A DNA stretch of 32,000 nucleotides from assembly GCF_000284115.1 (NCBI RefSeq), contig NC_017080.1:1740001-1772000 (forward strand). Direction: 5' to 3'. Positions 19,236 to 27,087 of the stretch are shown piece by piece. The notes under the pieces are model-generated. The model did no database searches. It was not told where the DNA came from and saw only the letters and a program-made list of their open reading frames with translations. This stretch comes from Phycisphaera mikurensis NBRC 102666. GTDB taxonomy: Bacteria > Planctomycetota > Phycisphaerae > Phycisphaerales > Phycisphaeraceae. Made by a program: the position numbers and the translations under genes. Every line of letters begins with the position of its first letter. Position 1 is the stretch's first letter.

Positions 19236-20518
19236 CAGTCGGTTCCGCCTGCGGCGGGGGGGAGCAGGTCGCGGAGCATCCGCGCGTGGCGGGCGGTGGC
19301 GCCCTGGTGGGCGAGGATGACGGCTTGGCCGGCGGCGGCGACCTCGGCGGCGAGTGTCGGATTCGCCAGCAGCTCGGCGGTGGTGGAGGCGGGGTCGTCG
19401 GTGACGAGCAAGCCGCCGGCGTTTCGCATGATCGCGACGGTCTCGGCGAAGTCCTTGTGGTGGGGGCCGATCATCGTGGGCACGCCCAGCGCGGCGGGCT
19501 CCATGGCGTCGCTGCCGTAGAGGTCGCCCAGGAAGCTGCGGCCGACGATGGCAACGTCGGCGAGGGCGTAGGCGCGGCCGAGTTCGCCGATCGTGTCCAG
19601 CAGGAAGACGCCGGAGGTCCCGCGGACCGCGGTGCTGCGGCGGCCGAATCCCGCGCCGTCCGCGGCGCAGGCGGCCGCCGCGGCGGCGAAGTGCTCGGGC
19701 TTGCGGGGGGCGATCAGCAGCTGCGCATCGCGCGGGCGGCCGCGCAGCAGGAACGCCGGCTCGCCCGGCCCGGTCGAGCCGGCGACCACGAGCGGGCGGT
19801 CGCGGTCGATGCCCATGGCTTCCGCGAGCTCCGCCGCCCCGGGCACGCCGGCTTTGGCCCGCACCACCGCGTTGTCCCACTTCATCGTGTCCAGCACGCG
19901 GACGCGCTCGGCCGGCGTGCCCAGCGCCACGAAGCGTCGGCCGTAGGCCTGGGTCTGCACGCCCGCCGCGGCCACCGCGGCGAAGGCGGAGCGGACCAGC
20001 GGCCGGGCGAGCCGGTAGCGGCGGAACGACCGCTCCGAGAGACGCCCGTTGACAATCGCGACCGGGACGCCGCGGAGCCTCGCCGCCGCGACGAAGTTCG
20101 GCCACAGCTCCAGCTCCACCGTCGCGACGAGGTCGGGCCGGATGGCGTCGAGGAAGCGGCCCACGGCCCAGGAGAAGTCCAGCGGGTAGCGGACCACCGC
20201 CACGCCCTCCCGGCCGCCGTAGAGCTGCTGGGCCCGGTCGACGCCCGTGTTCGTCGTCACCGCGAGGACCAGGCCGCACGGCTCGGGGCCGCTCCGCAGC
20301 GCGTCCACCAACCCCCGCAGCGCGTTGACCTCGCCCACCGAGACCGCGCAGAACAGGATCCGCGGACCGCCGGCGTTTTCGAGGGTTTCGCCCGACGGTC
20401 CGCGGCCGAAGCGGCCGGCCCAGTCGGTCCGCCACTTGCCGGTCCGCAGCAGCGACGCGCCCCACAGCGGCGACGACGCGAGCAGCCCCGCGGCGTACGC
20501 CGCGTCGCGGGCGAGCAT
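19235..20518 (-). CDS. waaA: 3-deoxy-D-manno-octulosonic acid (Kdo) transferase
   Basis: ILFCAVSVGEVNALRGLVDAL, YPLDFSWAVGRFLDAIRPDLVATVELELWPNFV, VNGRLSERSFRRYR, GSTGPGEPAFLL, GRSFLGDLYGSDAMEPAALGVPTMIGPHHKDF. Confidence 0.9.
   Translation of the reverse strand: MLARDAAYAAGLLASSPLWGASLLRTGKWRTDWAGRFGRGPSGETLENAGGPRILFCAVSVGEVNALRGLVDALRSGPEPCGLVLAVTTNTGVDRAQQLYGGREGVAVVRYPLDFSWAVGRFLDAIRPDLVATVELELWPNFVAAARLRGVPVAIVNGRLSERSFRRYRLARPLVRSAFAAVAAAGVQTQAYGRRFVALGTPAERVRVLDTMKWDNAVVRAKAGVPGAAELAEAMGIDRDRPLVVAGSTGPGEPAFLLRGRPRDAQLLIAPRKPEHFAAAAAACAADGAGFGRRSTAVRGTSGVFLLDTIGELGRAYALADVAIVGRSFLGDLYGSDAMEPAALGVPTMIGPHHKDFAETVAIMRNAGGLLVTDDPASTTAELLANPTLAAEVAAAGQAVILAHQGATARHARMLRDLLPPAAGGTD
19620..19665. 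repeat. 46-bp dyad element, copy f (one mismatch): ccgcggaccg-N26-ccgtccgcgg
   Basis: Left arm 19620-19629 exact, right arm 19656-19665 is 9/10, with the same 26-nt spacer. Intragenic in waaA. Confidence 0.65.
20360..20405. repeat. 46-bp dyad element, copy c: ccgcggaccg-N26-cggtccgcgg
   Basis: Left arm 20360-20369, right arm 20396-20405, perfect. Intragenic near the 5' end of waaA. Confidence 0.8.
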
Positions 20519-20544
20519 GGCAGCGGTGCGGCGAGCCGACACGC

Positions 20545-22059
20545 TCAGGCGGGCCCGGCCACGCGGGCGCACGCCAGGGCCGCCACCGCGTCGAGGTCGT
20601 AGAAGCGGCAGGCCTCCATCAGGAAGCGGCACTCGGTGTACACGTCGCCGTCGACCATCGGCAAGAAGAGGTCGTGGATGTTGTCGACGCCGAGGTAGCA
20701 GCCCACGCCGGCGGCGAGCAGCTCGGGCACCGGGGCGATGGCGTTGTGCGACGGGGCGTGCACGTCGAGCTGCTTCATCGACAGCGCGGCGCTCGGGCAG
20801 ACGATGACCCCGACGCCCGCCTCGGCCAGCAGCTTCGCCACCCGCTCGCGCTCGTGGCGCGGCTGGGCCGCGAGCGAGACGCTGTGCACGGCGAAGACGC
20901 GGCCCTGCATGCCGTGCTCGAGGGTCTTGAGCGCGAGCATCTCGGTCTCGTGCTCGTCGGGGTCGTTCTCCTGGTCGACGTGCACGTCGAGCCGCTTGCC
21001 CTGGTCCCTGGCGATCGAGAGGATCACGTCGAGGTGCTTCTCGGGCGTCGGCCGGTCGCGCGAGGGCAGCCCGCCGCAGAAGTCCGCCAGGCCGCAGGCC
21101 TGCTCGTACGCCCGGCGGCTGGCGGGCTCGAGCACGCCCTCCAGCGGCTGGATGCCGACTTCCAGCGTGAGCCGGTCCGCGAATCGCTTCTTCACCTCCA
21201 ATGCCGCCTTGACCGGCATGAGCCCGCAGATCGAGTCGGCGTCCACCATCGTCCGCAGGTACGCCACGCCCTGGTCGACCATCGCCTGGGCCCCGCGGCT
21301 GATCCGCTCGATGAGGTCGTCGGGCGTGTAGCTCTCCTTGAGCTGGCGGTAGAGCTGCCACTTCCGCTGCATGTCCACCTGCGAGAGCCGCAGGTTCGCC
21401 AGCGAGATGAGGTAGGCCTTGTCCAGGTGGGCGTGGTGGACGGCGATGCCGCCGTGCTGCCGGCAGAGCTCCAGGAACTCCAGCCGCAGGTTCCACGGCT
21501 GGTTGCTGTCGGCGACGCGGTAGGCGAAGGTCCCCGCCTCCTGGTCGCGGACCACCTGCAGCAGCGTCGCTTCCGCGATCTGCGGGTCGGTGATCAGCGG
21601 GATGTTCTGCCGGATCGACAGAGACCGGATCAGCTTCGCGTCGCTGCCCTCGTCGTAGTCGGCGTCGCCGGTGAGCACGTTCACGACCAGGTCGATCCGG
21701 CTGTCGCGCAGGAACGAGAGGATGTTGGGGTCGCGGTGCTCGGTGATCTTGTGGATCAGCGTCGACCCGACGCCGGCGTCGGCGAGGAACTGGTGCGTGC
21801 CGGGGGTCGCGAGGATCTCGACCTGACCCAGGGCGGCCAGCGCCCGCACGGCGGGCAGCAGGCGCTGCTTGTCGGCCACGCGGCCGGCGGAGAGCAGCAC
21901 GTTCTTCGCCGACCGCTGCCCGAGCAGCTTGACGTTGAAGGCGAGCAGGTCGAGCGGGTCGGGGCCGCGGGCGGCCGCCACGCCGGGGCCGGCGGAGGCG
22001 GGGCGGGCGCTTCGGCGCCGCTCGGGCGGCTCGGCGGGCGGCGTCGGGTCGTCACTCAC
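20545..22059 (-). CDS. Fusion: N-terminal MGS-like domain plus C-terminal cytosine-deaminase-like amidohydrolase
   Basis: MGS-like: SAKNVLLSAGRVADKQRLLPAVRALAALGQVEILATPGTHQFLADAG...RIDLVVNV. Amidohydrolase: AVHHAHLDKAYL, LDVHVDQENDPDEHE, VFAVHSVSLAAQ, YLGVDNIHDLFLPM. Confidence 0.8.
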   Translation of the reverse strand: MSDDPTPPAEPPERRRSARPASAGPGVAAARGPDPLDLLAFNVKLLGQRSAKNVLLSAGRVADKQRLLPAVRALAALGQVEILATPGTHQFLADAGVGSTLIHKITEHRDPNILSFLRDSRIDLVVNVLTGDADYDEGSDAKLIRSLSIRQNIPLITDPQIAEATLLQVVRDQEAGTFAYRVADSNQPWNLRLEFLELCRQHGGIAVHHAHLDKAYLISLANLRLSQVDMQRKWQLYRQLKESYTPDDLIERISRGAQAMVDQGVAYLRTMVDADSICGLMPVKAALEVKKRFADRLTLEVGIQPLEGVLEPASRRAYEQACGLADFCGGLPSRDRPTPEKHLDVILSIARDQGKRLDVHVDQENDPDEHETEMLALKTLEHGMQGRVFAVHSVSLAAQPRHERERVAKLLAEAGVGVIVCPSAALSMKQLDVHAPSHNAIAPVPELLAAGVGCYLGVDNIHDLFLPMVDGDVYTECRFLMEACRFYDLDAVAALACARVAGPA

Positions 22060-22069
22060 GGGCGCGAGC

Positions 22070-22345
22070 CTACCCCCGGCCGCCGCCGCTCACCCGCGGG
22101 CGGGGGGTGAGGATCGGGACCGGATCGAACTCGATCTCGATGTCGTCGAACGCGCTGTCGAACGCGGCCAGCGCCCGCTCCACGCGGCGGTGGTGCGCCT
22201 CCCGCTTCAGCCGGACCGCCTCCAGCAGCGCCCGCCGCTTCGCGATGCGGGCGTGCCCGGCGGTCATGAGGTTGGCCGCCAGCAACGCGGCCACGAACCC
22301 GCTGCCGAGCGCGAGCAGCGTGAGGAGGGCGGGGGCGGACGGCAC
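22070..22345 (-). CDS. Small membrane-anchored hypothetical protein
   Basis: GTG-start 91-aa ORF: (M)PSAPALLTLLALGSGFVAALLAANLMTAGHARIAKRRALLEAVRLKREAHHRRVERALAAFDSAFDDIEIEF. One TM helix then a basic coil; ends 10 nt before the next gene. Confidence 0.5.
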   Translation of the reverse strand: MPSAPALLTLLALGSGFVAALLAANLMTAGHARIAKRRALLEAVRLKREAHHRRVERALAAFDSAFDDIEIEFDPVPILTPRPRVSGGGRG

Positions 22346-22501
22346 GGTTGGACCATCGGAAGCCACGGGGCGGAGGTTTAGCGGCGTGGCCCGGCACCGG
22401 GGCGGATGCCGGGGCGTTGACGCGTGCCGCGTCGCGCTCGCCGCCGCCCCCGCCCCCGCCCGGCGACGACCGATCGTTCCCGCGCCTCCTAGACCTCTGC
22501 C

Positions 22502-23062
22502 ATGAGCCAGCCCGCGCACGCCGCCCGCTTCTTCACCGCCACGGGCCTTTTCGTCCTGCTCCTGTTCACCGGCACCGCCTGGGTGACGCTCGTCGAGGTG
22601 ATCCCCGCGGGGCTGCCGCGCGACCTGGTGACCTGCGGCGTCGGCCTCGCCTTCGCCGCGGTTTTCCTCTGGCTGCTGGTGACGCGCGTGCAGGCGGTCT
22701 ACGCGGGCGAGGGCTTCCGCCGCCGGGACGTCGCGATGATGGCGGTCAACCTTCTGCTGATGCTGCTCGCGTACGCCTACGTCTACGGCGTGCTGGGCAT
22801 CACCGACACCACCCGCGAGGGCAACCCGGTCGTCGGCGGCGTGAACGAGGGCTTCTCGTTGCTCACGCTCGCCCGCTGCTTCTACTTCTCGGTCGCGACG
22901 CTGACCACCGTTGGCTACGGCGACTTCCGCCCGACCGCGGGCGTCTGCCGGGTGGTCGCCGGCAGCCAGGCGTTGCTGGGCTACCTGGTGCTGGGGGTGC
23001 TGGCGTCCACGGCGGCCAACCTGATCCAGAGCGTCGCGGGACGCGGCGGCGGGAGGGGCTGA
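22502..23062 (+). CDS. Two-pore-helix-type potassium/ion channel family protein
   Basis: Hydrophobic segments plus the potassium selectivity filter ATLTTVGYGDFRP, followed by a last TM segment ALLGYLVLGVLASTAANLI. Confidence 0.85.
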   Translation: MSQPAHAARFFTATGLFVLLLFTGTAWVTLVEVIPAGLPRDLVTCGVGLAFAAVFLWLLVTRVQAVYAGEGFRRRDVAMMAVNLLLMLLAYAYVYGVLGITDTTREGNPVVGGVNEGFSLLTLARCFYFSVATLTTVGYGDFRPTAGVCRVVAGSQALLGYLVLGVLASTAANLIQSVAGRGGGRG

Positions 23063-23109
23063 GCCGGCGGCGACCGCACGGGTCGGCGCCGGCGGACCGG
23101 GGCGCGGGA

Positions 23110-23490
23110 TCAATTCCGAGGCGCGTCGGGGCGGCGCGGCCGCTGGTCGTCGCTGTCGCCGTTGCCGCCCGGCTCGCGGGCCGCGGCGCCGGGGTTGTTG
23201 AAGAGGCGGTCCAGCAGCAGGCCGTTCTCCAGCACCATCTGGTCGTCGCCGCGGTCGACCGAGTACACCAGCAGCGTGCTGGTGGCGTGGTCGATCACGA
23301 ACAAGCCCTCTTCGCGGCCGTCGATGCCGGCGGTCAGGAGCGTGACGTTTTCCTGGGGGTTGTAGATCGCGGCTCCGGCTTCGGGCACGCCCGCGTGGCC
23401 CGCGAGGCGGACGAGCAGGGCGCCGCCGAGCACGAGGGCGGAGGCGGCGAGGCCGGGGATCAGCAAGTCGGGGCGGGCGGGGGTACGCAT
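23110..23490 (-). CDS. Small exported/membrane-anchored hypothetical protein
   Basis: MRTPARPDLLIPGLAASALVLGGALLVRLAG, then YNPQENVTLLTAGIDGREEGLFVIDHATSTLLVYSV. Confidence 0.65.
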   Translation of the reverse strand: MRTPARPDLLIPGLAASALVLGGALLVRLAGHAGVPEAGAAIYNPQENVTLLTAGIDGREEGLFVIDHATSTLLVYSVDRGDDQMVLENGLLLDRLFNNPGAAAREPGGNGDSDDQRPRRPDAPRN

Positions 23491-23565
23491 GGGCGGCCGG
23501 GCGGGGAGCGGGGGTGGGAGGCGCGTGGGACGCGAAGACCGAAAGGGGGGACGCGGGGGCCGGCC

Positions 23566-23880
23566 TCAGCGGCGGGCGGCGACCGCGGCGGCGTCGGTGG
23601 CGATGTCCCGGCCGCGGAAGAGGCGGAAGCCCTCTCGGCCCTCGCTGTAGCTCACCGGGACCGTGGCGCCGGTCTGCTTGTCGACGAGGTAGACGTACGA
23701 CTCGTCGTTGCCCTGGCTCCCGCGGGCGGCGATCATCGTGTAGCGCCCGTTGCCCGCCGCGAACCCCGGCCGCGGCTGGGCGGAGGCCTCGGGCGCGGGG
23801 CCCGCGGTGAGCCAGAGCCCGCCGAGAAGCGCGGCGTTGAGGGCGAGGAGAAAGCCCACGGAGGTGGAGGAGCGTCGCAT
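23566..23880 (-). CDS. Small exported hypothetical protein, resembles the downstream gene product
   Basis: MRRSSTSVGFLLALNAALLGGLWLTAGPAPEASAQ signal region, then YTMIAARGSQGNDESYVYLVDKQTGATVPVSYSEGREGF. Confidence 0.65.
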   Translation of the reverse strand: MRRSSTSVGFLLALNAALLGGLWLTAGPAPEASAQPRPGFAAGNGRYTMIAARGSQGNDESYVYLVDKQTGATVPVSYSEGREGFRLFRGRDIATDAAAVAARR

Positions 23881-23923
23881 GGCGTGTTCGCGTGGAGGTG
23901 GGGGAGAAGGCGGCGGGCGGGGC

Positions 23924-24136
23924 TTAGTCGAGGTGGCCGCGCTTGGAGCCCATGAAGGCGCCGACGCAGACGATCGCCACCAGCAGGCCGCCGATGACCA
24001 CCGAGAGCCACTCGCTCTTCTCCGCGGCCTTGCCCACCTGCTGGGCGGCGGCGGGGGCGGCGGCGAGGCCGGCGGCGAGCGTGGCGGCCACGGCCGGGCC
24101 ACAGAGGCGGAGGAGCGGGTGGAGCGGGCCGGTCAT
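23924..24136 (-). CDS. Small membrane hypothetical protein
   Basis: 70 aa: signal-like PAVAATLAAGLAAAPAAAQ and one TM segment WLSVVIGGLLVAIVCVGAFMG. Confidence 0.55.
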   Translation of the reverse strand: MTGPLHPLLRLCGPAVAATLAAGLAAAPAAAQQVGKAAEKSEWLSVVIGGLLVAIVCVGAFMGSKRGHLD

Positions 24137-24165
24137 CCGCCAAGCGTACCCGTACGCTCGGCCCC

Positions 24166-24828
24166 ATGACGCTCCCGCTGTGGTCCTGGCACGCGATCGC
24201 CTTCGCGTGCGGTTCGATCCCCTTCGCCTTCCTCCTCGGGAGGCTCGGCGGCGTCGACGTGCGGAAGGTCGGCAGCGGCAACCCCGGCGCGAGCAACCTC
24301 GGCCGCGCGCTCGGCCGGCGCTGGGGCGTCGGCTGCTTCGTGCTCGACGTGCTCAAGGGGGCGGTGCCGGTGGCCGCGGCGGCGGCCCTGGACGGGCGGC
24401 TGGGCGCCGGCTCCGGGCCGGGGCCGGCGGCGGTCTGGGTGACCGTCGCGGCGGCGGCCGTGCTCGGGCACGTCTTCACGCCGTGGCTCGGCTTCCGCGG
24501 CGGCAAGGGCGTCGCGACCGGCTTGGGCGCCACCCTGGGCCTGTGGCCGGTGGTCACCGGCCCGGCGGTGCTGGCCTTCGGTGTGTGGGTCGCGGTGGCG
24601 AAGGTCAGCGGCTACGTCGGCCTCGCGAGCGTCGTCGCCGCCCTCGCGCTGGTGCCGCTGACCGGCCTCTGGGCGTGGGTGCTGGGGGTGGCCGCGGCCG
24701 AGGCGGGCGTCTTCCTGGCGCTCGTCGCGGCGGTCGCCGCGCTGGTGATCGTCCGGCACCGCGGCAACCTCGCCCGGCTGCGGGCGGGCACCGAGTCCAA
24801 GGCCGCGTGGGCCAGCGGGCCGGCCTAG
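24166..24828 (+). CDS. plsY: Glycerol-3-phosphate acyltransferase PlsY
   Basis: CGSIPFAFLLGRLGGVDVRKVGSGNPGASNLGRALG, LDVLKGAVPV, GHVFTPWLGFRGGKGVATGLG, VRHRGNLARLRAGTE. Confidence 0.95.
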   Translation: MTLPLWSWHAIAFACGSIPFAFLLGRLGGVDVRKVGSGNPGASNLGRALGRRWGVGCFVLDVLKGAVPVAAAAALDGRLGAGSGPGPAAVWVTVAAAAVLGHVFTPWLGFRGGKGVATGLGATLGLWPVVTGPAVLAFGVWVAVAKVSGYVGLASVVAALALVPLTGLWAWVLGVAAAEAGVFLALVAAVAALVIVRHRGNLARLRAGTESKAAWASGPA

Positions 24829-24838
24829 CGCACCGCGG

Positions 24839-24970
24839 GCAATTTTCCGATCGCCTCTGCGGGCGAGTCGTGCCCCTCGCTTCGTCGGCTGCATCGCCCT
24901 GCAGGGGCAGGGCTGCTTCGCCTCCTCACGAGGAACACGACGCGCGGACGCAGGCCGATCGGAAAATTGC
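24839..24970. repeat. 132-bp imperfect palindrome with perfect 15-bp terminal inverted repeats
   Basis: gcaattttccgatcg (24839-24853) versus cgatcggaaaattgc (24956-24970). Inner gtcgtg 24867-24872 versus cacgac 24936-24941. Central gccctgc 24896-24902 versus gcagggc 24907-24913. All roughly centred at 24904.5. Confidence 0.85.
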
Positions 24971-24995
24971 GCACGATGCTCTAAGCGGGTTCCGG

Positions 24996-25307
24996 TCAGC
25001 GGCCGAGGGACCACAACGCCGCCATGAGCAGCGCCGCGGCGAGCACGAGCGAGGCGGAGATCGGGCGGAGCGGGTCGGCGGTCTGCACGCCGTAGACCCC
25101 GCCGATGGCCACCACGGCCCCGGCGAGGCCCAACGCGATCAGCGGGAACCTCCACCGGCCGGCCCCCCCCGGCGCCGCCGGTTTCGTGCGGTCGCTCACG
25201 TTCAGGCGGGTCTCCTTGTCGTAGCGCTCGCCGCACTCGGGACAGCGGCCCGAGCCGGGCAGGCCGATGAGGTCGTAGCCGCAGGCGGCGCAGCGGGAGT
25301 CTCGCAC
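24996..25307 (-). CDS. Small zinc-ribbon membrane protein
   Basis: MRDSRCAACGYDLIGLPGSGRCPECGERY (CxxC...CxxC) followed by two TM segments. Confidence 0.75.
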   Translation of the reverse strand: MRDSRCAACGYDLIGLPGSGRCPECGERYDKETRLNVSDRTKPAAPGGAGRWRFPLIALGLAGAVVAIGGVYGVQTADPLRPISASLVLAAALLMAALWSLGR

Positions 25308-25400
25308 GCGGGAACGCTACGCGGGGCGACGCGCGGCCGTGGCGCGGGCCCACCGCGAGCCGATCCGTATCCTCGCCGCCCCCGCGAGAGCGACACCACC

Positions 25401-27041
25401 ATGAGCGAGAGCAACCCCCCCAAGCCCGTCGTCGTCGTCGTCCGCGACGGCTGGGGCCACAACCCCGACCCGTCCCACGACGACTTCAACGCGGTGCACC
25501 TGGCCGAAACCCCCGGCAGCGACGGCCTGAAGGCGCGCTTCCCGCACACCCGCCTGCACACCAGCTCGCGGCACGTGGGCCTGCCCACCGGCACGATGGG
25601 CAACAGCGAGGTCGGGCACCAGAACATCGGCGCCGGCCGCGTGGTGAACCAGGAGTCGACGCGCATCACCGTCGCCGCCGAGGACGGCAGCTTCTTCGAG
25701 AACGTGGCGCTGCTCGCGGCCACCCGCGCCGCACGCGACGCCGGCAAGAAGCTGCACCTGCTGGGCATCGCCTCCGACGCCGGCGTCCACGGGCTGATGG
25801 ACCACCTCTACGCCTGCCTCGAGCTGGCCCGGCGGGAAGGCCTGCCGCCCGGGGACGTGTGCCTGCACCTGTTCAGCGACGGCCGCGACACCGGCCCCTT
25901 CACCGGCAAGGCGTTCCTGCGGGAGATCGAGGCGAAGTGCCGGGAGATCGGCGTGGGCCGCGTCGTCTCGCTGATCGGCCGCTACTTCGCCATGGACCGC
26001 GACAGCCGGTGGGAACGCGTGGCCCGGGCCCACGACCTGCTCACCGGCCGCGGGGAGACGCCGCCTTCCTTCGCCGACGCGGCCTCCGCCGCGCAGGCCT
26101 ACTACGACGCGCCGACGAACGACAGCCAGGCCGGCGACGAGTTCATCACGCCGCGGACGATCGGCGAGGACCCCGCCGGCACCCGCGTGTCCGCCGGCGA
26201 CGCGGTCGTCTTCTACAACTACCGCGGCGACCGGCCGCGCGAGCTCGTGCGGGCTTTCATGCAGCCCGACTTCCACGGCAACGTGCCGCCCTCGCCCGAC
26301 ACCGGCGAGCGTGGCTTCGACCGCGGCCCGGACCTGGGCCTCCGCTTCGTCTGCATGACCGCGTACGACGAGGGCTTCACCGGCTTCCCCGGCGTCACCG
26401 TCGCCTACCCCAAGCCGCCGAAGATGGGCGGCATCGGCGGCGAGGTGATCGCCGAAGCCGGGCTCACCCAGTTCCGCTGCGCCGAGACCGAGAAGTTCCC
26501 GCACGTCACCTTCTTCGCCAACGACTACCGCGAGGCGCCGTTCCCCGGCGAGACGCGCGGCATGGCGCAGAGCCCCAAGGTCGCGACCTACGACCTGCAG
26601 CCGGAGATGTCCGCCGACGAGGTGACGCGGCTGGTGCTCGAGCAGGTCGAAAGCGATGCCTGCCCGGACTTCATCCTCGTGAACTACGCCAACGGCGACA
26701 TGGTCGGTCACACCGGCAAGCTCGACGCCGCGATCGCCGCGGTCGAGAAGGTCGACGCCTGCGTGACGCGGCTCGTGGACGCGGTGCTCGCCCGGGGCGG
26801 GGCCCTGCTCGTCACGGCCGACCACGGCAACGCGGAGCAGATGTTCGACCCCTCCACCGGCAGCCCGCACACCGCGCACACCCTCAACGACGTCGACTGC
26901 ATCGTGGTGAAGGCCGGCCTGGACGCCGCGACGCCGCTGCGGTTCGGCGCGGCGCTGTGCGACGTCATGCCCACCGTGCTCGACCTCCTGGGCCTCGACA
27001 AGCCCGCCGCGATGACCGGCGCCACGCTGCTCGTCCGCTGA
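25401..27041 (+). CDS. gpmI: 2,3-bisphosphoglycerate-independent phosphoglycerate mutase
   Basis: VVVVVRDGWGHN, GLPTGTMGNSEVGHQNIGAGRVVNQ, GIASDAGVHGLMDHLYA, HLFSDGRDTGP, VNYANGDMVGHTGKLDAAI, LLVTADHGNAEQM. Confidence 0.95.
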   Translation: MSESNPPKPVVVVVRDGWGHNPDPSHDDFNAVHLAETPGSDGLKARFPHTRLHTSSRHVGLPTGTMGNSEVGHQNIGAGRVVNQESTRITVAAEDGSFFENVALLAATRAARDAGKKLHLLGIASDAGVHGLMDHLYACLELARREGLPPGDVCLHLFSDGRDTGPFTGKAFLREIEAKCREIGVGRVVSLIGRYFAMDRDSRWERVARAHDLLTGRGETPPSFADAASAAQAYYDAPTNDSQAGDEFITPRTIGEDPAGTRVSAGDAVVFYNYRGDRPRELVRAFMQPDFHGNVPPSPDTGERGFDRGPDLGLRFVCMTAYDEGFTGFPGVTVAYPKPPKMGGIGGEVIAEAGLTQFRCAETEKFPHVTFFANDYREAPFPGETRGMAQSPKVATYDLQPEMSADEVTRLVLEQVESDACPDFILVNYANGDMVGHTGKLDAAIAAVEKVDACVTRLVDAVLARGGALLVTADHGNAEQMFDPSTGSPHTAHTLNDVDCIVVKAGLDAATPLRFGAALCDVMPTVLDLLGLDKPAAMTGATLLVR

Positions 27042-27087
27042 AGCGTCCGGCGGCCGCAGCCCGCCGCCGCCGGCGGGCGGGGCGGCG

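Noticed and set aside
23090-23099. Arm-like sequence cggcggaccg downstream of the channel gene
   Set aside because: It matches 9/10 of the arm but has no inverted partner at the expected distance; treated as background.
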